Shown: positions 30,427-41,238, counted from the stretch's first letter. The stretch is 64,000 nucleotides of DNA from an uncultured Porphyromonadaceae bacterium (GCA_947175495.1 CAMWNB010000006.1:10304-74303), one strand, 5' to 3'. Numbers and translations are program-made. Notes: generated by a model from the letters alone, not told the origin.

Positions 30427-31609
30427 ATTTTTTTTCTTCAAGAATGTAGTGGCTCATGGCTGCGAACATGAAGGCGTCGCTCCACCGCATGTAGGGGATG
30501 CGGGATGAGATGCCTTGTTTGAGCTGATAATAGAAGTAGCCCCGGGGCGACTGCATGTGGCTCAGAGTCCATGCCATCACAGACGAGGCGAGTGTGCGGC
30601 GGGATTGCCATCGGCCGAGGCGCGACAGTGTGACGAAGAGCTGTCCCGGGCAATGAATGTCGATGGGATAGGTGCGCGTGTCGTAGTAACGGGGTGTGCC
30701 GTCGGGGAGGAAGAAGCGGGATGTGTAGTAGTCGAGGCCTCGCTCGAGGTTGGGGGTGAAAGTGTCGTCGCCGCTCAGAGTGATGTAGGTGTGGAGGGCG
30801 TCGAGGTTGTAGCCCGTGTGGAAGGAGTCGACCCATTGCGTGGCGTCCTTTACTCCGTAGGTCCATGCTCCGTCGGGGCGCTGCATGGAGCAGGCGGCTG
30901 CCACGGAGCTGCGTGCCACGCGCAGGAGCTCGTCGCCGTCGGGCGCTCCATAGGCGCGGCATAGCATGAGCAGGCGACTGCCGAGGAGGGATGCGTTGTA
31001 GATGGTGTCGTTGCCCGGCATGCGCGAGTAGGAGAGGAGTTCGCCGTCGCCGACGGGCGTGCGGTGCAGATCGCGGAGCACGAAGCGCGCGGAGCTGATG
31101 GCGGCGTCGCGAAACTCGTCGCGGCCGGTGATGTCGTAGGCTTCGAGCAACGCCGAGGCGCAGAACTGCGTGGCCACGACGGTGGGCTCGCCTGCCGGGA
31201 AAAGAAATTCGCGGCGGCACTGCCACGGGAAGTTGTAGCCCCATGCCATGCCGCTGTAGCCGGGTGTGGCCATGTGCAGGAGGGCGTCGCCGAGTTCGTG
31301 GATGCGCGCGTCGGCTCCTTCGGCGAGTGGGCCGCCGATGCGATGGAGGTTGCAGTAGCCATGGAGGAAGAGGCCTATCGCCTTGGCGTTGCGTTCTTTC
31401 GGCACGAGGGCAAGGGGGCGGAGGTTGATGGGGTTGCGCTTGAACAGCTGTATCCACACAAGGCGCGCCAGAGGAGAGCGACCGACGAGGGGCAATGCTT
31501 TGAATATCTTTGAGTTGAGGCCGTCGTAGGGGTCCCAGCCTGCGAATTGTTCGCTTTCGCAGTAGGCGCGCAGGCGGGAGAAGGCGGCGGTGACTTCGCG
31601 GATGGTCAT
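30407..31609 (-). CDS. (alpha/alpha)6-barrel-like protein of unknown function in a polysaccharide locus
   Basis: ATG at 31609; GWDPYDGLNS, WGYNFPWQ, Q-PDGAW-YG, WVDSFHTGYNL, YPIDIH, PYMRWS. Confidence 0.7.
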   Translation of the reverse strand: MTIREVTAAFSRLRAYCESEQFAGWDPYDGLNSKIFKALPLVGRSPLARLVWIQLFKRNPINLRPLALVPKERNAKAIGLFLHGYCNLHRIGGPLAEGADARIHELGDALLHMATPGYSGMAWGYNFPWQCRREFLFPAGEPTVVATQFCASALLEAYDITGRDEFRDAAISSARFVLRDLHRTPVGDGELLSYSRMPGNDTIYNASLLGSRLLMLCRAYGAPDGDELLRVARSSVAAACSMQRPDGAWTYGVKDATQWVDSFHTGYNLDALHTYITLSGDDTFTPNLERGLDYYTSRFFLPDGTPRYYDTRTYPIDIHCPGQLFVTLSRLGRWQSRRTLASSVMAWTLSHMQSPRGYFYYQLKQGISSRIPYMRWSDAFMFAAMSHYILEEKKYADTLL

Positions 31610-32667
31610 GAGTGGAGAATTTTGGTGTATAATCCGAGAAGGCGCCGGCTCACACGGTCGGGGTAGTAGCGGCACACGGTGTCGCGGTTGCGGGCGCCCA
31701 TGGTTTCGACGGCGTCGGGGCGGTCGAGGAAGCTGCGGATGGCGCGGTAGATGCTTTCTTTGTCGCGCACCTTCACATAGATGGCGCCGTATCCGTCGGC
31801 GACGGCCTCGGGGATGCCGCCGACGGGGGTGACGATTGCGGCGAGGCCTGCGCTCATGGCTTCGAGCAGGGATATGGGCATGCCTTCCGCATAGGACGGC
31901 AGGACGAAGACGTCGTTGCTCTCCAGCAGGGTTTCCTTGGCGTGGCCGGAGACCCAGCCGTGGAGGGTGACCATTCCGGGCATCGGGTGGGATGCCAGGA
32001 AGTCGTGCATGCGCTTGTCGTCGATGCCGCTGCCGCCTATGTCGAGCCGTACGCGTCCGCTCAGCTCGTCGCGGTGGTCGTAGAGTGCTTCGAGCAGTTC
32101 GAATAGCCCTTTGGTGTGGTCGATGGCGCTGATGAAGAGGAGGCGGAGCGGCCCCGGCGAGGGCTTGCGCACCACGCGGGCGGGGCGTACGGGATTTTCG
32201 ATGACTTCTACGGCGGGGACGCCGAGTTCGTCGTGAAGATAGCTTTTCCAGCTGTCGGTGAGGGCGACGACGCAGTCGGACTTGGCCATCTGTCGGGTGA
32301 CTTTTTCGAGCCCCATTGCGGTGAAATGCTTGCGCAGGGCTCCATTGTGGATGTGGTGGATGGTGCGCATGCCCAGGAGCCCGGCCCATCGGAGCAGGAG
32401 GCATTTGCGCCGCCAGGAGCCCCGGACGGAGCCGTGGGCGTGGACGATGCGGAAACCGCGCAGGCGATAGACGGGCAGCAGGGCCATGGTCAGGGCGAAG
32501 CGTATGGCTCCGAGCACTTTGCCGCGGTGGTGGGTGGTGGGGGCGTAGGTGATTCCGCCGAACATTTCCCGGTAGACATTGAGGACATAGGATATGCCTC
32601 CGCCGCTGCGTGTGTCGGGGCCGACGAAGAGCACTTTGTCGAGTATGTCGCGATGGGACAGTGTCAT
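31606..32667 (-). CDS. GT4 glycosyltransferase
   Basis: KGLFELLEA, FVLPSYAEGMPISLLEAMSAG, TPVGGIPE; ATG at 32667. Confidence 0.92.
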   Translation of the reverse strand: MTLSHRDILDKVLFVGPDTRSGGGISYVLNVYREMFGGITYAPTTHHRGKVLGAIRFALTMALLPVYRLRGFRIVHAHGSVRGSWRRKCLLLRWAGLLGMRTIHHIHNGALRKHFTAMGLEKVTRQMAKSDCVVALTDSWKSYLHDELGVPAVEVIENPVRPARVVRKPSPGPLRLLFISAIDHTKGLFELLEALYDHRDELSGRVRLDIGGSGIDDKRMHDFLASHPMPGMVTLHGWVSGHAKETLLESNDVFVLPSYAEGMPISLLEAMSAGLAAIVTPVGGIPEAVADGYGAIYVKVRDKESIYRAIRSFLDRPDAVETMGARNRDTVCRYYPDRVSRRLLGLYTKILHS

Positions 32668-33791
32668 AGATCGATGAGTTTTTGCAGGTCGTTGGCTGTG
32701 AGGGTGTCGGGCGGTGTGACGCGTGGCATGCCGGCGGCTTTGATGATGGCGTCGGCAAGGGCAGCCGGGTCGAGGGAGCGGACGACGGTGGCGTTGGGGA
32801 TGCCGTCGAGCTGTTCGGAGCCGGAGAAAGCGGTGCTGACTATGGGCATGCCGAATGCGCGGGCTTCGGCGAGGGTGATGCAGTAGCCTTCGAAGCGCGA
32901 CGGCTGCACATAGACGTCGGCAGCGGCGATGTAGGGGCAGGGGTTGGAGCGGAGCCCCAGGAAGTGGAGGCTGTCGTCGAGGCCGAGTTCGGCGGCCTGG
33001 CGGCGGCATGGCTCGAGGAGTTCGTCGTCGCCGACCCAGTTCCAGCAGAAACGGAATCCGCGGCGGCGGAGCTCGGCGGCAATCCGTATGGCCACGTCGG
33101 GGGCTTTCTGGCGTGTCATTCGGCCGACGGTGGTGATCATGACGCAGCCGTCGGGACGCTCGACAGGGTGGGCCGTGGCGGCTGCGCGGACGGCTGTGGC
33201 GTCGACGAGATTGTGGAAGACGTCGCAGCGGTCGGCTACTTCGGGGAATACTTTTGTGAATGCTTCAAGGGAGCTTTGGCTGACGATGAAAATGCGGTCG
33301 AACAGGGGGTAGACTTTGTGGCCCGTGCAGGGGTTGATGAAGCTGTGGGTGATGTCGAAGTGTATCCACGACACATATTTGTCGGCGTCGATGTGGGTGG
33401 GGACGTACCAGTCGAGGAGCTGGCTTGGTCCCTGGTAGGAGACGGCGATGTCGAAGTGTCGGGTGAGGTCGCGCTCGTCGCCGAGGATGTGGTGATAGTA
33501 GTGGATGAGGGTGCCGCGCGCTTTGGCCGCGAGGTAGCTGAGGGGGCCGGCGAGGTCGGTGGCGTGGCGTATGGGGAAGCCCAGGCGGGGTTTGTTCCGT
33601 TCGATGCGGCGGAGGATGTGGAGGGTGACGTCGGCGGGTATTTCCGGGAGGAGGTCGCCTTTGTGCTGCATCAGCGCTATGTGCACGTCGAAGATGTCGC
33701 GCGGGAGCGCACGCACCAGCGATAGCAGCGATTTCTCGACGCCGCCTGTGTGCATGTAGTTGATGCAAAAGATGATGCTTCGTTTCGTCAT
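32664..33791 (-). CDS. GT4 glycosyltransferase
   Basis: GGVEKSL, VGRMTRQKA, NPCPYIAAADVYVQPSRFEGYCITLAEA. Confidence 0.92.
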   Translation of the reverse strand: MTKRSIIFCINYMHTGGVEKSLLSLVRALPRDIFDVHIALMQHKGDLLPEIPADVTLHILRRIERNKPRLGFPIRHATDLAGPLSYLAAKARGTLIHYYHHILGDERDLTRHFDIAVSYQGPSQLLDWYVPTHIDADKYVSWIHFDITHSFINPCTGHKVYPLFDRIFIVSQSSLEAFTKVFPEVADRCDVFHNLVDATAVRAAATAHPVERPDGCVMITTVGRMTRQKAPDVAIRIAAELRRRGFRFCWNWVGDDELLEPCRRQAAELGLDDSLHFLGLRSNPCPYIAAADVYVQPSRFEGYCITLAEARAFGMPIVSTAFSGSEQLDGIPNATVVRSLDPAALADAIIKAAGMPRVTPPDTLTANDLQKLIDL

Positions 33792-35299
33792 TTTTTCAAC
33801 TTCTTAAGCAAAGATACTTTGACATCGGGCGGGAGGATGATGAGCCATGTGAGGGTGGCTGTGACGGCAAGGGATGTGAGCGCTACTGCGAAAAGACGCA
33901 GCCATATGGAGCTGAGGGCGGCGTGGACGGCGATGGCCGCGATGGCCGCGATGGCGATGACGGCGCCCGGACGCAGCACGCCGCGCCACCAGAAGCGGCG
34001 CACGCGGAAGGCGGGGAGCTGGTGGCGGAGGATGAGGGTGTTGGCGAGGAGGATGGCTGTGACGGCGCATGCGTGGAGGGCGTAGACCACGGGCGGCATG
34101 TGCGTGAGGCGTAGCAGGAGCCACATGGCGGGGAGCTCGAGGAGATAGAGGGTGCCGGAAATGAAGCTGATGCGGAACACGCGGCCTGTGGCGTGGATGC
34201 CGATGGCCACGACGGTGTTGAGCAGTTCGCCGCATGCTGCCACGAGGCTGAGGCGGCAGAATGCGACGGTGTAGGGCGGGACGTCGACGAGCCAGAGGCC
34301 GAGGAGGGTGTGCATCTCCACGATTATGGGGACGATGAGCAGTCCGAGGAGGAGCAGCGCGTAGCATGCGGCGTTGTTGAGCAGGGAGAGCATGCGGTCG
34401 TAGCTGCGTGCGGCGTATTCCTTGATGATCTGGGGGCGGAATGCGGAGACGACGGTGCCGGCGAAGCTGTTGACGGTGCCGTTGACAGTCATGGTGAGTC
34501 CGCACGCGGCGTTGAGGACGGTTCCTCCGAAATGGTTGAGCACGACGTTGGTTCCCTGCGAGCGGGCGGTGAAGCAGAGGTTGCCGTAGGAATCCCATCC
34601 GCAGAATCCGAGCATGGCTTTTGTGATGGCGCGGTCGGAAGCGTGGAGCGAACGACATTCGGGGAAGTTGCGTGCGGCGAAGATGCCGTACATGGCGCAG
34701 ACGGCTATGGCTGCCACGGCCATGAGAGCGGCGTAGCCGACGAGGGTGTCGGATGTGGCGAAGAGGGTGATGCCGAGTGCGGCGAGGAGCTTGAGCACGA
34801 CGTTGGCAATGGCGATGAAGGCGTAGGCGTCCATTCGCTCGTGGGACATGATGGCCGCGGAGTAGGGCACCTGGATGATTGCTGCCATGGCTGCGAGCAC
34901 GGACAGCTGGTAGGTGGCGTTGGCAGCAAACAGTCGGCCCGGGGCAATGACAAGGCGTGTGTTGACGTACCACAGGCCTATGGTTTCGGCGAAGATGAGG
35001 ACTATGACTGCGAGGGCTATGTGGACGCGCATGGATGCGCCGAAGGTGCGGCTGAGCCTGGGGAGGTCGCCGGTTCCGAGTTCATAGCTTATGAAGCGTG
35101 AGGTGGCGGCGCTCATGGTGCCGTTGAGGAAGCTGAGGATGGTGACTATGCCTCCGACGACGCTGTAGACGCCATAGTCGTCGATGCCGAGGCGTTCGAG
35201 CACGATGCGTGAGGTGTAGAGCGATATCCACACCGTGAGCAACATGCGTCCGTAGAGGTAGAGCGTGTTGCGTGCTATGCGTCGGTCAGCTTGTTGCAT
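33788..35299 (-). CDS. wzx: Wzx-like polysaccharide flippase
   Basis: RIARNTLYLYGRMLL...LYTSRIVL..LG..DYGVY; 12+ TM helices. Confidence 0.88.
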   Translation of the reverse strand: MQQADRRIARNTLYLYGRMLLTVWISLYTSRIVLERLGIDDYGVYSVVGGIVTILSFLNGTMSAATSRFISYELGTGDLPRLSRTFGASMRVHIALAVIVLIFAETIGLWYVNTRLVIAPGRLFAANATYQLSVLAAMAAIIQVPYSAAIMSHERMDAYAFIAIANVVLKLLAALGITLFATSDTLVGYAALMAVAAIAVCAMYGIFAARNFPECRSLHASDRAITKAMLGFCGWDSYGNLCFTARSQGTNVVLNHFGGTVLNAACGLTMTVNGTVNSFAGTVVSAFRPQIIKEYAARSYDRMLSLLNNAACYALLLLGLLIVPIIVEMHTLLGLWLVDVPPYTVAFCRLSLVAACGELLNTVVAIGIHATGRVFRISFISGTLYLLELPAMWLLLRLTHMPPVVYALHACAVTAILLANTLILRHQLPAFRVRRFWWRGVLRPGAVIAIAAIAAIAVHAALSSIWLRLFAVALTSLAVTATLTWLIILPPDVKVSLLKKLKK

Positions 35300-36761
35300 A
35301 GGCAGCCTCCTTCTCTTCCCGTTCGGTCTTGTCGCTCAGCAGGGTTGCGCTGAGTGCCAATGCGGGAGTCATGACGCCCATGAAGGAAATCAGTCCCTCG
35401 AATCCGCTGAGACCGAACCATACAAAGCACAGCAGCACAGAGAGGTAGTAGGTGGCATGGCGCATTCGCCGCACGACCCACCATGTATAGGCAAAGAAGA
35501 GGATGTGGGCGGCAAGGCCGATGTAGCCGACAGTCACTAATATCTGCAATGCGGTGATTTCGATGTTTGTAGCTACCTCGATGGATTCTTCGCGGTCGCG
35601 GTAGTACTCGTTTTCTACGATGAACTTGGGGTTGTCGGTTTCGAAGCGGCTCAGGAATCCGAATCCTCGCCACTGGTAGCCGAGGTCGTAGAGCAGTTCG
35701 AGTTTCGGGATTGCCTGGGCTATGCGTCCGGAGCCGAATTCGGCTATGTCTTCGTCGTCGACGGCTTCGGTGAGGTCGAGAATCTGGTCGACGGATGTCT
35801 TGATGCGGAGCGGCGAGCGCTCTTCGAACTCGTCGGCGACGTATGCCATGCTGGCGTCGACGAAATATAGCGCGACGAATCCTGCCAGGCCGGCTGCGCC
35901 GTAGAGCAGCACTCGCTTGAATCCGCCCTGGAAGAGGAGGAAGAGAACGATGTAGCCGGAGATGACCGTGAAGGTCTGCGTGGCGGCCAATGATGCCAGG
36001 ATGATGGCCCACTGCCACCATCGCAGGCTGTAGGAGCGGGCGAGCGGGAGCAGCAGGAATGCGAGCATGTAGAGGCCGGGAGGGTATTTGCGCACGACCC
36101 ATCCGGAGAGTGGCACGCAAACGAGGTTGTTGAAGGCCGAGAATGTGTCGCCCCACATGTGGGAGCACGGGACGAGCACCCAGCCGCTGAAGACATAGGC
36201 GTCGAGGATGTAGAACACGCAGATGGTGAGCGCATAGGGGAAGACGGCGCGGACGAAATGGTCGAAGTCGAATTTGCGCCCGGCGAACACTCCCATCGGC
36301 AGCAGAAAGTAGATGAATGTGATGTAGCCGATGAAGGAGATCATCTGCACGCGCATGGATTCTTCGCTGGTGACGGCCATGTAGAGGAGGAGGGCGGCGT
36401 ACAGCCCCCAGGCTGCCGTGATGTGCTTGACGTACTTGTTTTTGCGCAGCAGCAAGAGCATGGCGAAGCCTCCGAAGAAGGCCAGCCATCCGAGGTTGAT
36501 GCGGGTGGCGGCGGAGTTGGTGAGCGCGTAGCCTCCGAGCAGGAGGGTGAGCTGCACGACGAAGGCGTAGCGGTTTTTAACGAAGGTGTGGGCCAGGATG
36601 CATATGATGGCCAACACCGCGGGATAGAACCTTAGTCCGAGCGCCGACAGCGACAACAGGTAGGCCACGGCCCATGGCCAGCCTCCCGGAAGTGCCGTGA
36701 GGCAGGGGCGGCTGGTGCGTGGAGCGGTGGAGTCGGTTGCGGCAACTGAATCTTCGGCCAT
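35286..36761 (-). CDS. Putative Wzy polymerase / O-antigen-ligase-like membrane protein
   Basis: About 11 TM helices, large loop with GSGRIAQ...GFG; lies between wzc and wzx. Confidence 0.62.
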   Translation of the reverse strand: MAEDSVAATDSTAPRTSRPCLTALPGGWPWAVAYLLSLSALGLRFYPAVLAIICILAHTFVKNRYAFVVQLTLLLGGYALTNSAATRINLGWLAFFGGFAMLLLLRKNKYVKHITAAWGLYAALLLYMAVTSEESMRVQMISFIGYITFIYFLLPMGVFAGRKFDFDHFVRAVFPYALTICVFYILDAYVFSGWVLVPCSHMWGDTFSAFNNLVCVPLSGWVVRKYPPGLYMLAFLLLPLARSYSLRWWQWAIILASLAATQTFTVISGYIVLFLLFQGGFKRVLLYGAAGLAGFVALYFVDASMAYVADEFEERSPLRIKTSVDQILDLTEAVDDEDIAEFGSGRIAQAIPKLELLYDLGYQWRGFGFLSRFETDNPKFIVENEYYRDREESIEVATNIEITALQILVTVGYIGLAAHILFFAYTWWVVRRMRHATYYLSVLLCFVWFGLSGFEGLISFMGVMTPALALSATLLSDKTEREEKEAAYATS

Positions 36762-36767
36762 GCGTGC

Positions 36768-39062
36768 TTACTTTTCGCCATAGCCGTAGGTGCGGCGGGC
36801 AGGGGTGCCGTTGACGGCGATGGACAGTTTGTTGAGGCGCTTCTGTTCGTATATCTCGTCGGCGAGGTGCATGTCGGTGAGCGAGGTGTGGCCTACGCGG
36901 CACACGAAGATGGCGGCGTCGCAGATGCGGTTGAGGGTGAATGTGTCGCTGACGCGTCCGACGGGGGCTGTGTCGACGATGATGTAGTCGTAGTGCTTGC
37001 GGAGTTCGGCGAAGAGGTCGTCGACGCGGGGAGAGGTGAGGAGCTCGCCGGGGTTGGGCGGCACGGGACCGGCCACGATGACGTCGAGGTTGGGCATGTT
37101 GGGCTCGCGCACGATGAGTTTGTCGAGTGTGATGTCGGTGCCGGCGACGTATTGCGTGAGGCCGAAGCGCGGTGCGATGCCGAGGTATTCGGCCAGACGT
37201 GGCTTGCGGATGTCCATGCCGACGAGAAGCACTTTCTTGTCGAGCAGCGCGAGGGATGCGGCAAGGTTGACTGCCACGAAGCTCTTGCCGTCGCCCGGGG
37301 ATGCTGATGTGACGAGGACTACTTTTTCGTGGGGAGGTGTGAGGATGAACAGCAGGTTGCTGCGCATGAGGCGGAAGAGCTCGGCTGTGCTGCTGGTCTC
37401 GGCGGCATCGACCACGAGGTTCTTGCCGGAGCGCGAGGTGCTGATTTCGCCGAGAATGGGCACGTCGGTGATGTTTTCCACTTCCTGGCGTGTGTCGACG
37501 CGGTTGCGTATGATTTTGCGCAGGTAGAGGGCGACGGGGGGGCAGCACAGACCCAAGAGGAGGCATATGACGAGGATGCCGAGTTTGCCTATGCCAATGG
37601 GTTTGTTGTAGGTGAAGGCTTCGTCGACGATGAGGCCTTTAGGCGTGGAGTTGGCCAGCATGATGGCGGTTTCTTCCTGGCGCTGAAGCAGGAAGAGGTA
37701 GATTTCCTGCTTTACGCGGCGCTGGCGTTCCTTGTCGATGAATTCGCGTTCCTGAGCGGGAACGTTGCCGAGGCGTCCCATGGTGGTGCCGAGCTGGCTG
37801 CGGAGGTCGCGTACTGCACTTATGGATGTGTCGTAGGCGCGCATGACGGTGGCATGGACGTTTTCGCGCATGGCGTTGATCTGGTCGTCGAGCTGCTTGA
37901 GGGCCCGGTTGCCTTGTTTGGCGTTGGATGCAAGCTGCATGCGTCGCAGCACGAGTTCGTTGTAGCTTTGTATGGCTTTCTGCAGTCCTTCGTTTTCGAC
38001 GGAAGCAGCCGGAATGAGGTCGTAGGCGTTGTCGGGGTTTTTCACGAAGTCGGCTGTCATCTTGAGAACTTCGGCCTGCACTTCGGTCTGGATGAGATTT
38101 TCTTCGATAACGGCTCGTTTCTGTGTCTGATACTGTGCTTCGACGTCGACACCGATGATGCCGTGTTCCTGTTTGTATTTTTCGATGTCGCGCTCGGCTG
38201 AATCGAGGTCGCCGACGAGGAGCGCGATTCGCTCGTTGAGGAAGTCGCGTGTCTTTTCGGCCTGCAGGTTTTTTTCCTGTATGCCGCGGGCGTTGTACTG
38301 GCGCACCACTTCGTCGAGAATCATCTCGCCGTTTTCGGGGTAGGGGGTGTTGATGCCCATGGAGATGACGTTGGCTCGCTTGGATGCGATGCTCATGCTG
38401 AGGTCCTGCGCGAGGTCTTCGGCGGCATGGTGGTAGCCCATGAGGACGATGTTGGTGCGGACGTTTTCGTCGGCCGGATATGCGTCGGTGGGTACGACGG
38501 CGAAGTTGCCGTAGTCAGTGGAGAATGTGTGGGGAAGGCTGACTTTTTCTTTGTTGACAATCTTCTCGTTTTTTGCGAGGATGGTGACTGTGGCTTTTTT
38601 GTCGGCGTCGGCCTTTATCTTGAATGTGATGGCTGTCTTGAGTGTGTCGAACATTCCGGCCGAGACTTCGACTTCCACGGGGTAGTCCTTGAATTCCTGG
38701 ACTGTGTTGAGGAATCCTTTGCGCACGAAGTGGCGTCGGTTGAGGTCGAGCTCTTTTACGGCTTTTCGGAAAATGGAGTGGGATGAGAGCACATAGTACT
38801 CGTCGTCGACAGAGCCTTTCGCGCCGAAGAGGGCTCCGAGGGTGGCCATCTGGCCTCCGCTGCCCATGGAGTTGAGGGGGTTGTTCTCTTCCTGGGCTAT
38901 AAGCACGTTGGCGCGGACAGCGTAGACGGGTTTTTTCACCTTGACATACAGGACGCCTATGCCGAGGAAGAATATAAGCGAAATGAGGAACCACGGCCAG
39001 TGGCTCAAGTAGTCTTCGAAAACACTTTTTATGTCGATGAATTCTGATTTCTTCTTTGCCAT
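36768..39062 (-). CDS. wzc: Wzc polysaccharide co-polymerase tyrosine kinase
   Basis: Two TM helices; Walker A SPGDGKS; DMDIRKP-like GMDIRKP; PPNPGELL; DTAPV; C-terminal YGYG. Confidence 0.93.
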   Translation of the reverse strand: MAKKKSEFIDIKSVFEDYLSHWPWFLISLIFFLGIGVLYVKVKKPVYAVRANVLIAQEENNPLNSMGSGGQMATLGALFGAKGSVDDEYYVLSSHSIFRKAVKELDLNRRHFVRKGFLNTVQEFKDYPVEVEVSAGMFDTLKTAITFKIKADADKKATVTILAKNEKIVNKEKVSLPHTFSTDYGNFAVVPTDAYPADENVRTNIVLMGYHHAAEDLAQDLSMSIASKRANVISMGINTPYPENGEMILDEVVRQYNARGIQEKNLQAEKTRDFLNERIALLVGDLDSAERDIEKYKQEHGIIGVDVEAQYQTQKRAVIEENLIQTEVQAEVLKMTADFVKNPDNAYDLIPAASVENEGLQKAIQSYNELVLRRMQLASNAKQGNRALKQLDDQINAMRENVHATVMRAYDTSISAVRDLRSQLGTTMGRLGNVPAQEREFIDKERQRRVKQEIYLFLLQRQEETAIMLANSTPKGLIVDEAFTYNKPIGIGKLGILVICLLLGLCCPPVALYLRKIIRNRVDTRQEVENITDVPILGEISTSRSGKNLVVDAAETSSTAELFRLMRSNLLFILTPPHEKVVLVTSASPGDGKSFVAVNLAASLALLDKKVLLVGMDIRKPRLAEYLGIAPRFGLTQYVAGTDITLDKLIVREPNMPNLDVIVAGPVPPNPGELLTSPRVDDLFAELRKHYDYIIVDTAPVGRVSDTFTLNRICDAAIFVCRVGHTSLTDMHLADEIYEQKRLNKLSIAVNGTPARRTYGYGEK

Positions 39063-39072
39063 GAGGGTGTGA

Positions 39073-39909
39073 TTATTTGATGGCGAGAGCGATTACGAGC
39101 GATGCCACGACGGACGATGCACTCACGATGGTGGAAATCACGGACAGCTTGAAGCTGTTGTGCTGGTTGTACTTCGAGTTGGCCTGGCGGACGGCGTTGG
39201 GTTCGACGTAGATGTAGTCGTTCTGCTGGAGGTAGAAGTAGGGTGAGGTGAGGATGTCGGATGAATTGAGGTTGAGGCGATGGTATTCGCGCTGTCCGTT
39301 TTCTTCGCGGACGAGGAGCACGTTGGAACGCTCGCCGTATTCGGTGAGGTCGCCTGCGTCGCCGAGTGCGTCGAGGACGCTGTAGCGGTTGCGGTTGACG
39401 CGAATTTTTTTCGGTGTCTTGACTTCGCCGCCGACGACGACTTCGAAGTTGGCGATGCGTACGTTGACGACGGGATCTTCGACGTCGTTGCTGATGCGCT
39501 CGGTGAGGTAGGTCTGCAACTGTTCGACGGTCATTCCGGACACATGTATTTTACCAAGAACGGGGAAATAGATGTCGCCGGCGGAGTTGACTACATAGGT
39601 CTGAATCTGCATGGAAGATGTTACGACGGGCAGTGGAGTGGCGTTTGCAGCCGTGGTGAGGACACCGGCGTCGGCTCCGGGGTTGTAGTAGGGCAGACTG
39701 TAGATTGCAGTGGCTGCGGGGTCGGAGGAGTTGACGGATATGAGCAGCTGGTCGTCGGGTTTGATTTTCGACAGGTAGCTGCCGGCATCAACGACGCCGT
39801 CGGCAACTGAAGGGATGTCGGCAAAGTACGGCAACACAGTCTTTTTGGATGAGCATGAGCCGAGTGTGAGCGCACATAGCAGCGCGAACAAGATGCAAAT
39901 TCTATTCAT
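39073..39909 (-). CDS. wza: Wza polysaccharide export lipoprotein
   Basis: Lipobox LGSC; IKPDDQL, GDIYFPVLG, LQQNDYIYVEPN. Confidence 0.92.
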   Translation of the reverse strand: MNRICILFALLCALTLGSCSSKKTVLPYFADIPSVADGVVDAGSYLSKIKPDDQLLISVNSSDPAATAIYSLPYYNPGADAGVLTTAANATPLPVVTSSMQIQTYVVNSAGDIYFPVLGKIHVSGMTVEQLQTYLTERISNDVEDPVVNVRIANFEVVVGGEVKTPKKIRVNRNRYSVLDALGDAGDLTEYGERSNVLLVREENGQREYHRLNLNSSDILTSPYFYLQQNDYIYVEPNAVRQANSKYNQHNSFKLSVISTIVSASSVVASLVIALAIK

Positions 39910-40056
39910 TATATAATGATACAAGTATACAAGTTTCTCCATTATTAACGCTGCGATGAGGGAAATATTATGTATGTGTTAAAAAATATATTTGGGAAGG
40001 TGTGCGACCGTTTATTGGGGATTTTTAGCTAATTTTGCAAGATAAACAACCAGAAC

Positions 40057-41238
40057 ATGTACTTTAGCTTTAACATACAGATTATTATAGTGATATTGCT
40101 GTCGGCAGCTGTCGCTGCCGCTCTGATTGCCTGCGTTTATGTTGCGGTGCAGGGTCTGCGCCTGTCGCGCGCGCGCCGTTTCTGCGACAGCATTGAGCGC
40201 GGCGAGGAGGGCGGATATGAGCCTGTGAGCGTGATAATATATTCGCAGGACGAGGCGGAGGCGCTGGAGGTGTTGCTGCGCGATGTGCTCGCGCAGGATT
40301 ATCCTGCTCCGATGGAGGTGATAGTGGTGAATGAGGGCGAGAGTTCGGATGTGCGCGATGCCGTTGGTATGCTTCAGGCCGCGCACCGCAATCTTTATCT
40401 CACTCACACGCCTGACGGGGCGCGCAATCTCAGTCGTAAGAAACTGGCTATCACGCTTGGAGTGAAGGCTGCGCGGCATGCGACAGTGGTGGTGACGGCG
40501 GTGGGCGCGCAGATCCGCTCGGACCGGTGGCTGCGCGGCATGATGCGGCATTTTTCGCCGGATTCGCCGGTGGAGGTGGTCATAGGCTATGCGGCGCAGA
40601 TGCCGGATGCCGATGAGGGCCGTGGCTCGCGCTGCCGCGCTTTTGACAGTGCGGCGGGTGCTGCCCGCTGGCTGGGTGCTGCCATTGCGGGCCATCCTTT
40701 CCGCACGAGTGAGTTTAATGTGGCTTACCGCCGCGAGGCGTTTTTCCGCAACAAGGGATTCTCGCGGTCGCTCAACCTGCATTATGGCGATGACGATATA
40801 TTCATCAGTGAAATCGCTAATGGGGGCAATACGGCTGTCGAGCTGGGCGACGAGAGTATTTTGGGCGTGCTGGCGCACGATTATTCGCATGCGTTGCGTC
40901 TGTCGGCTGTCCGTCATGTGTTCACTGAGGGTCATATACGTCGCCGCCCCCGTGTGTGGTGTATGCTTTCTGCGCTCTGTGTGCCTGTGTGTGTGGCGTG
41001 TCTGGCTGCCGCTGTGGCCTGTGAGCCTGCCAATGGTTTTGTGCTGGCTGTGTGCGGTGTGGTTCTCGTCGCGCTCGTGGCCGGGCTGACGGCGGGATGG
41101 CGCAGTGTGCTGCGTTCGTTGTGCATGCGAGTGCTGGGGCCCAGCATTTTCCCGCTCGCGCTGGGCTATCCGCTGCGCCGCGCGATGCTGCGCGTGCGTG
41201 CGCGCTTCAGCAAGCAGAAGCGTTATACATGGGATTGA
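40057..41238 (+). CDS. Membrane GT2-family glycosyltransferase-like protein
   Basis: PVSVII, QDYP..EVIVVN, SRKKLAITLG, GDDDIF; N- and C-terminal TM helices. Confidence 0.8.
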   Translation: MYFSFNIQIIIVILLSAAVAAALIACVYVAVQGLRLSRARRFCDSIERGEEGGYEPVSVIIYSQDEAEALEVLLRDVLAQDYPAPMEVIVVNEGESSDVRDAVGMLQAAHRNLYLTHTPDGARNLSRKKLAITLGVKAARHATVVVTAVGAQIRSDRWLRGMMRHFSPDSPVEVVIGYAAQMPDADEGRGSRCRAFDSAAGAARWLGAAIAGHPFRTSEFNVAYRREAFFRNKGFSRSLNLHYGDDDIFISEIANGGNTAVELGDESILGVLAHDYSHALRLSAVRHVFTEGHIRRRPRVWCMLSALCVPVCVACLAAAVACEPANGFVLAVCGVVLVALVAGLTAGWRSVLRSLCMRVLGPSIFPLALGYPLRRAMLRVRARFSKQKRYTWD

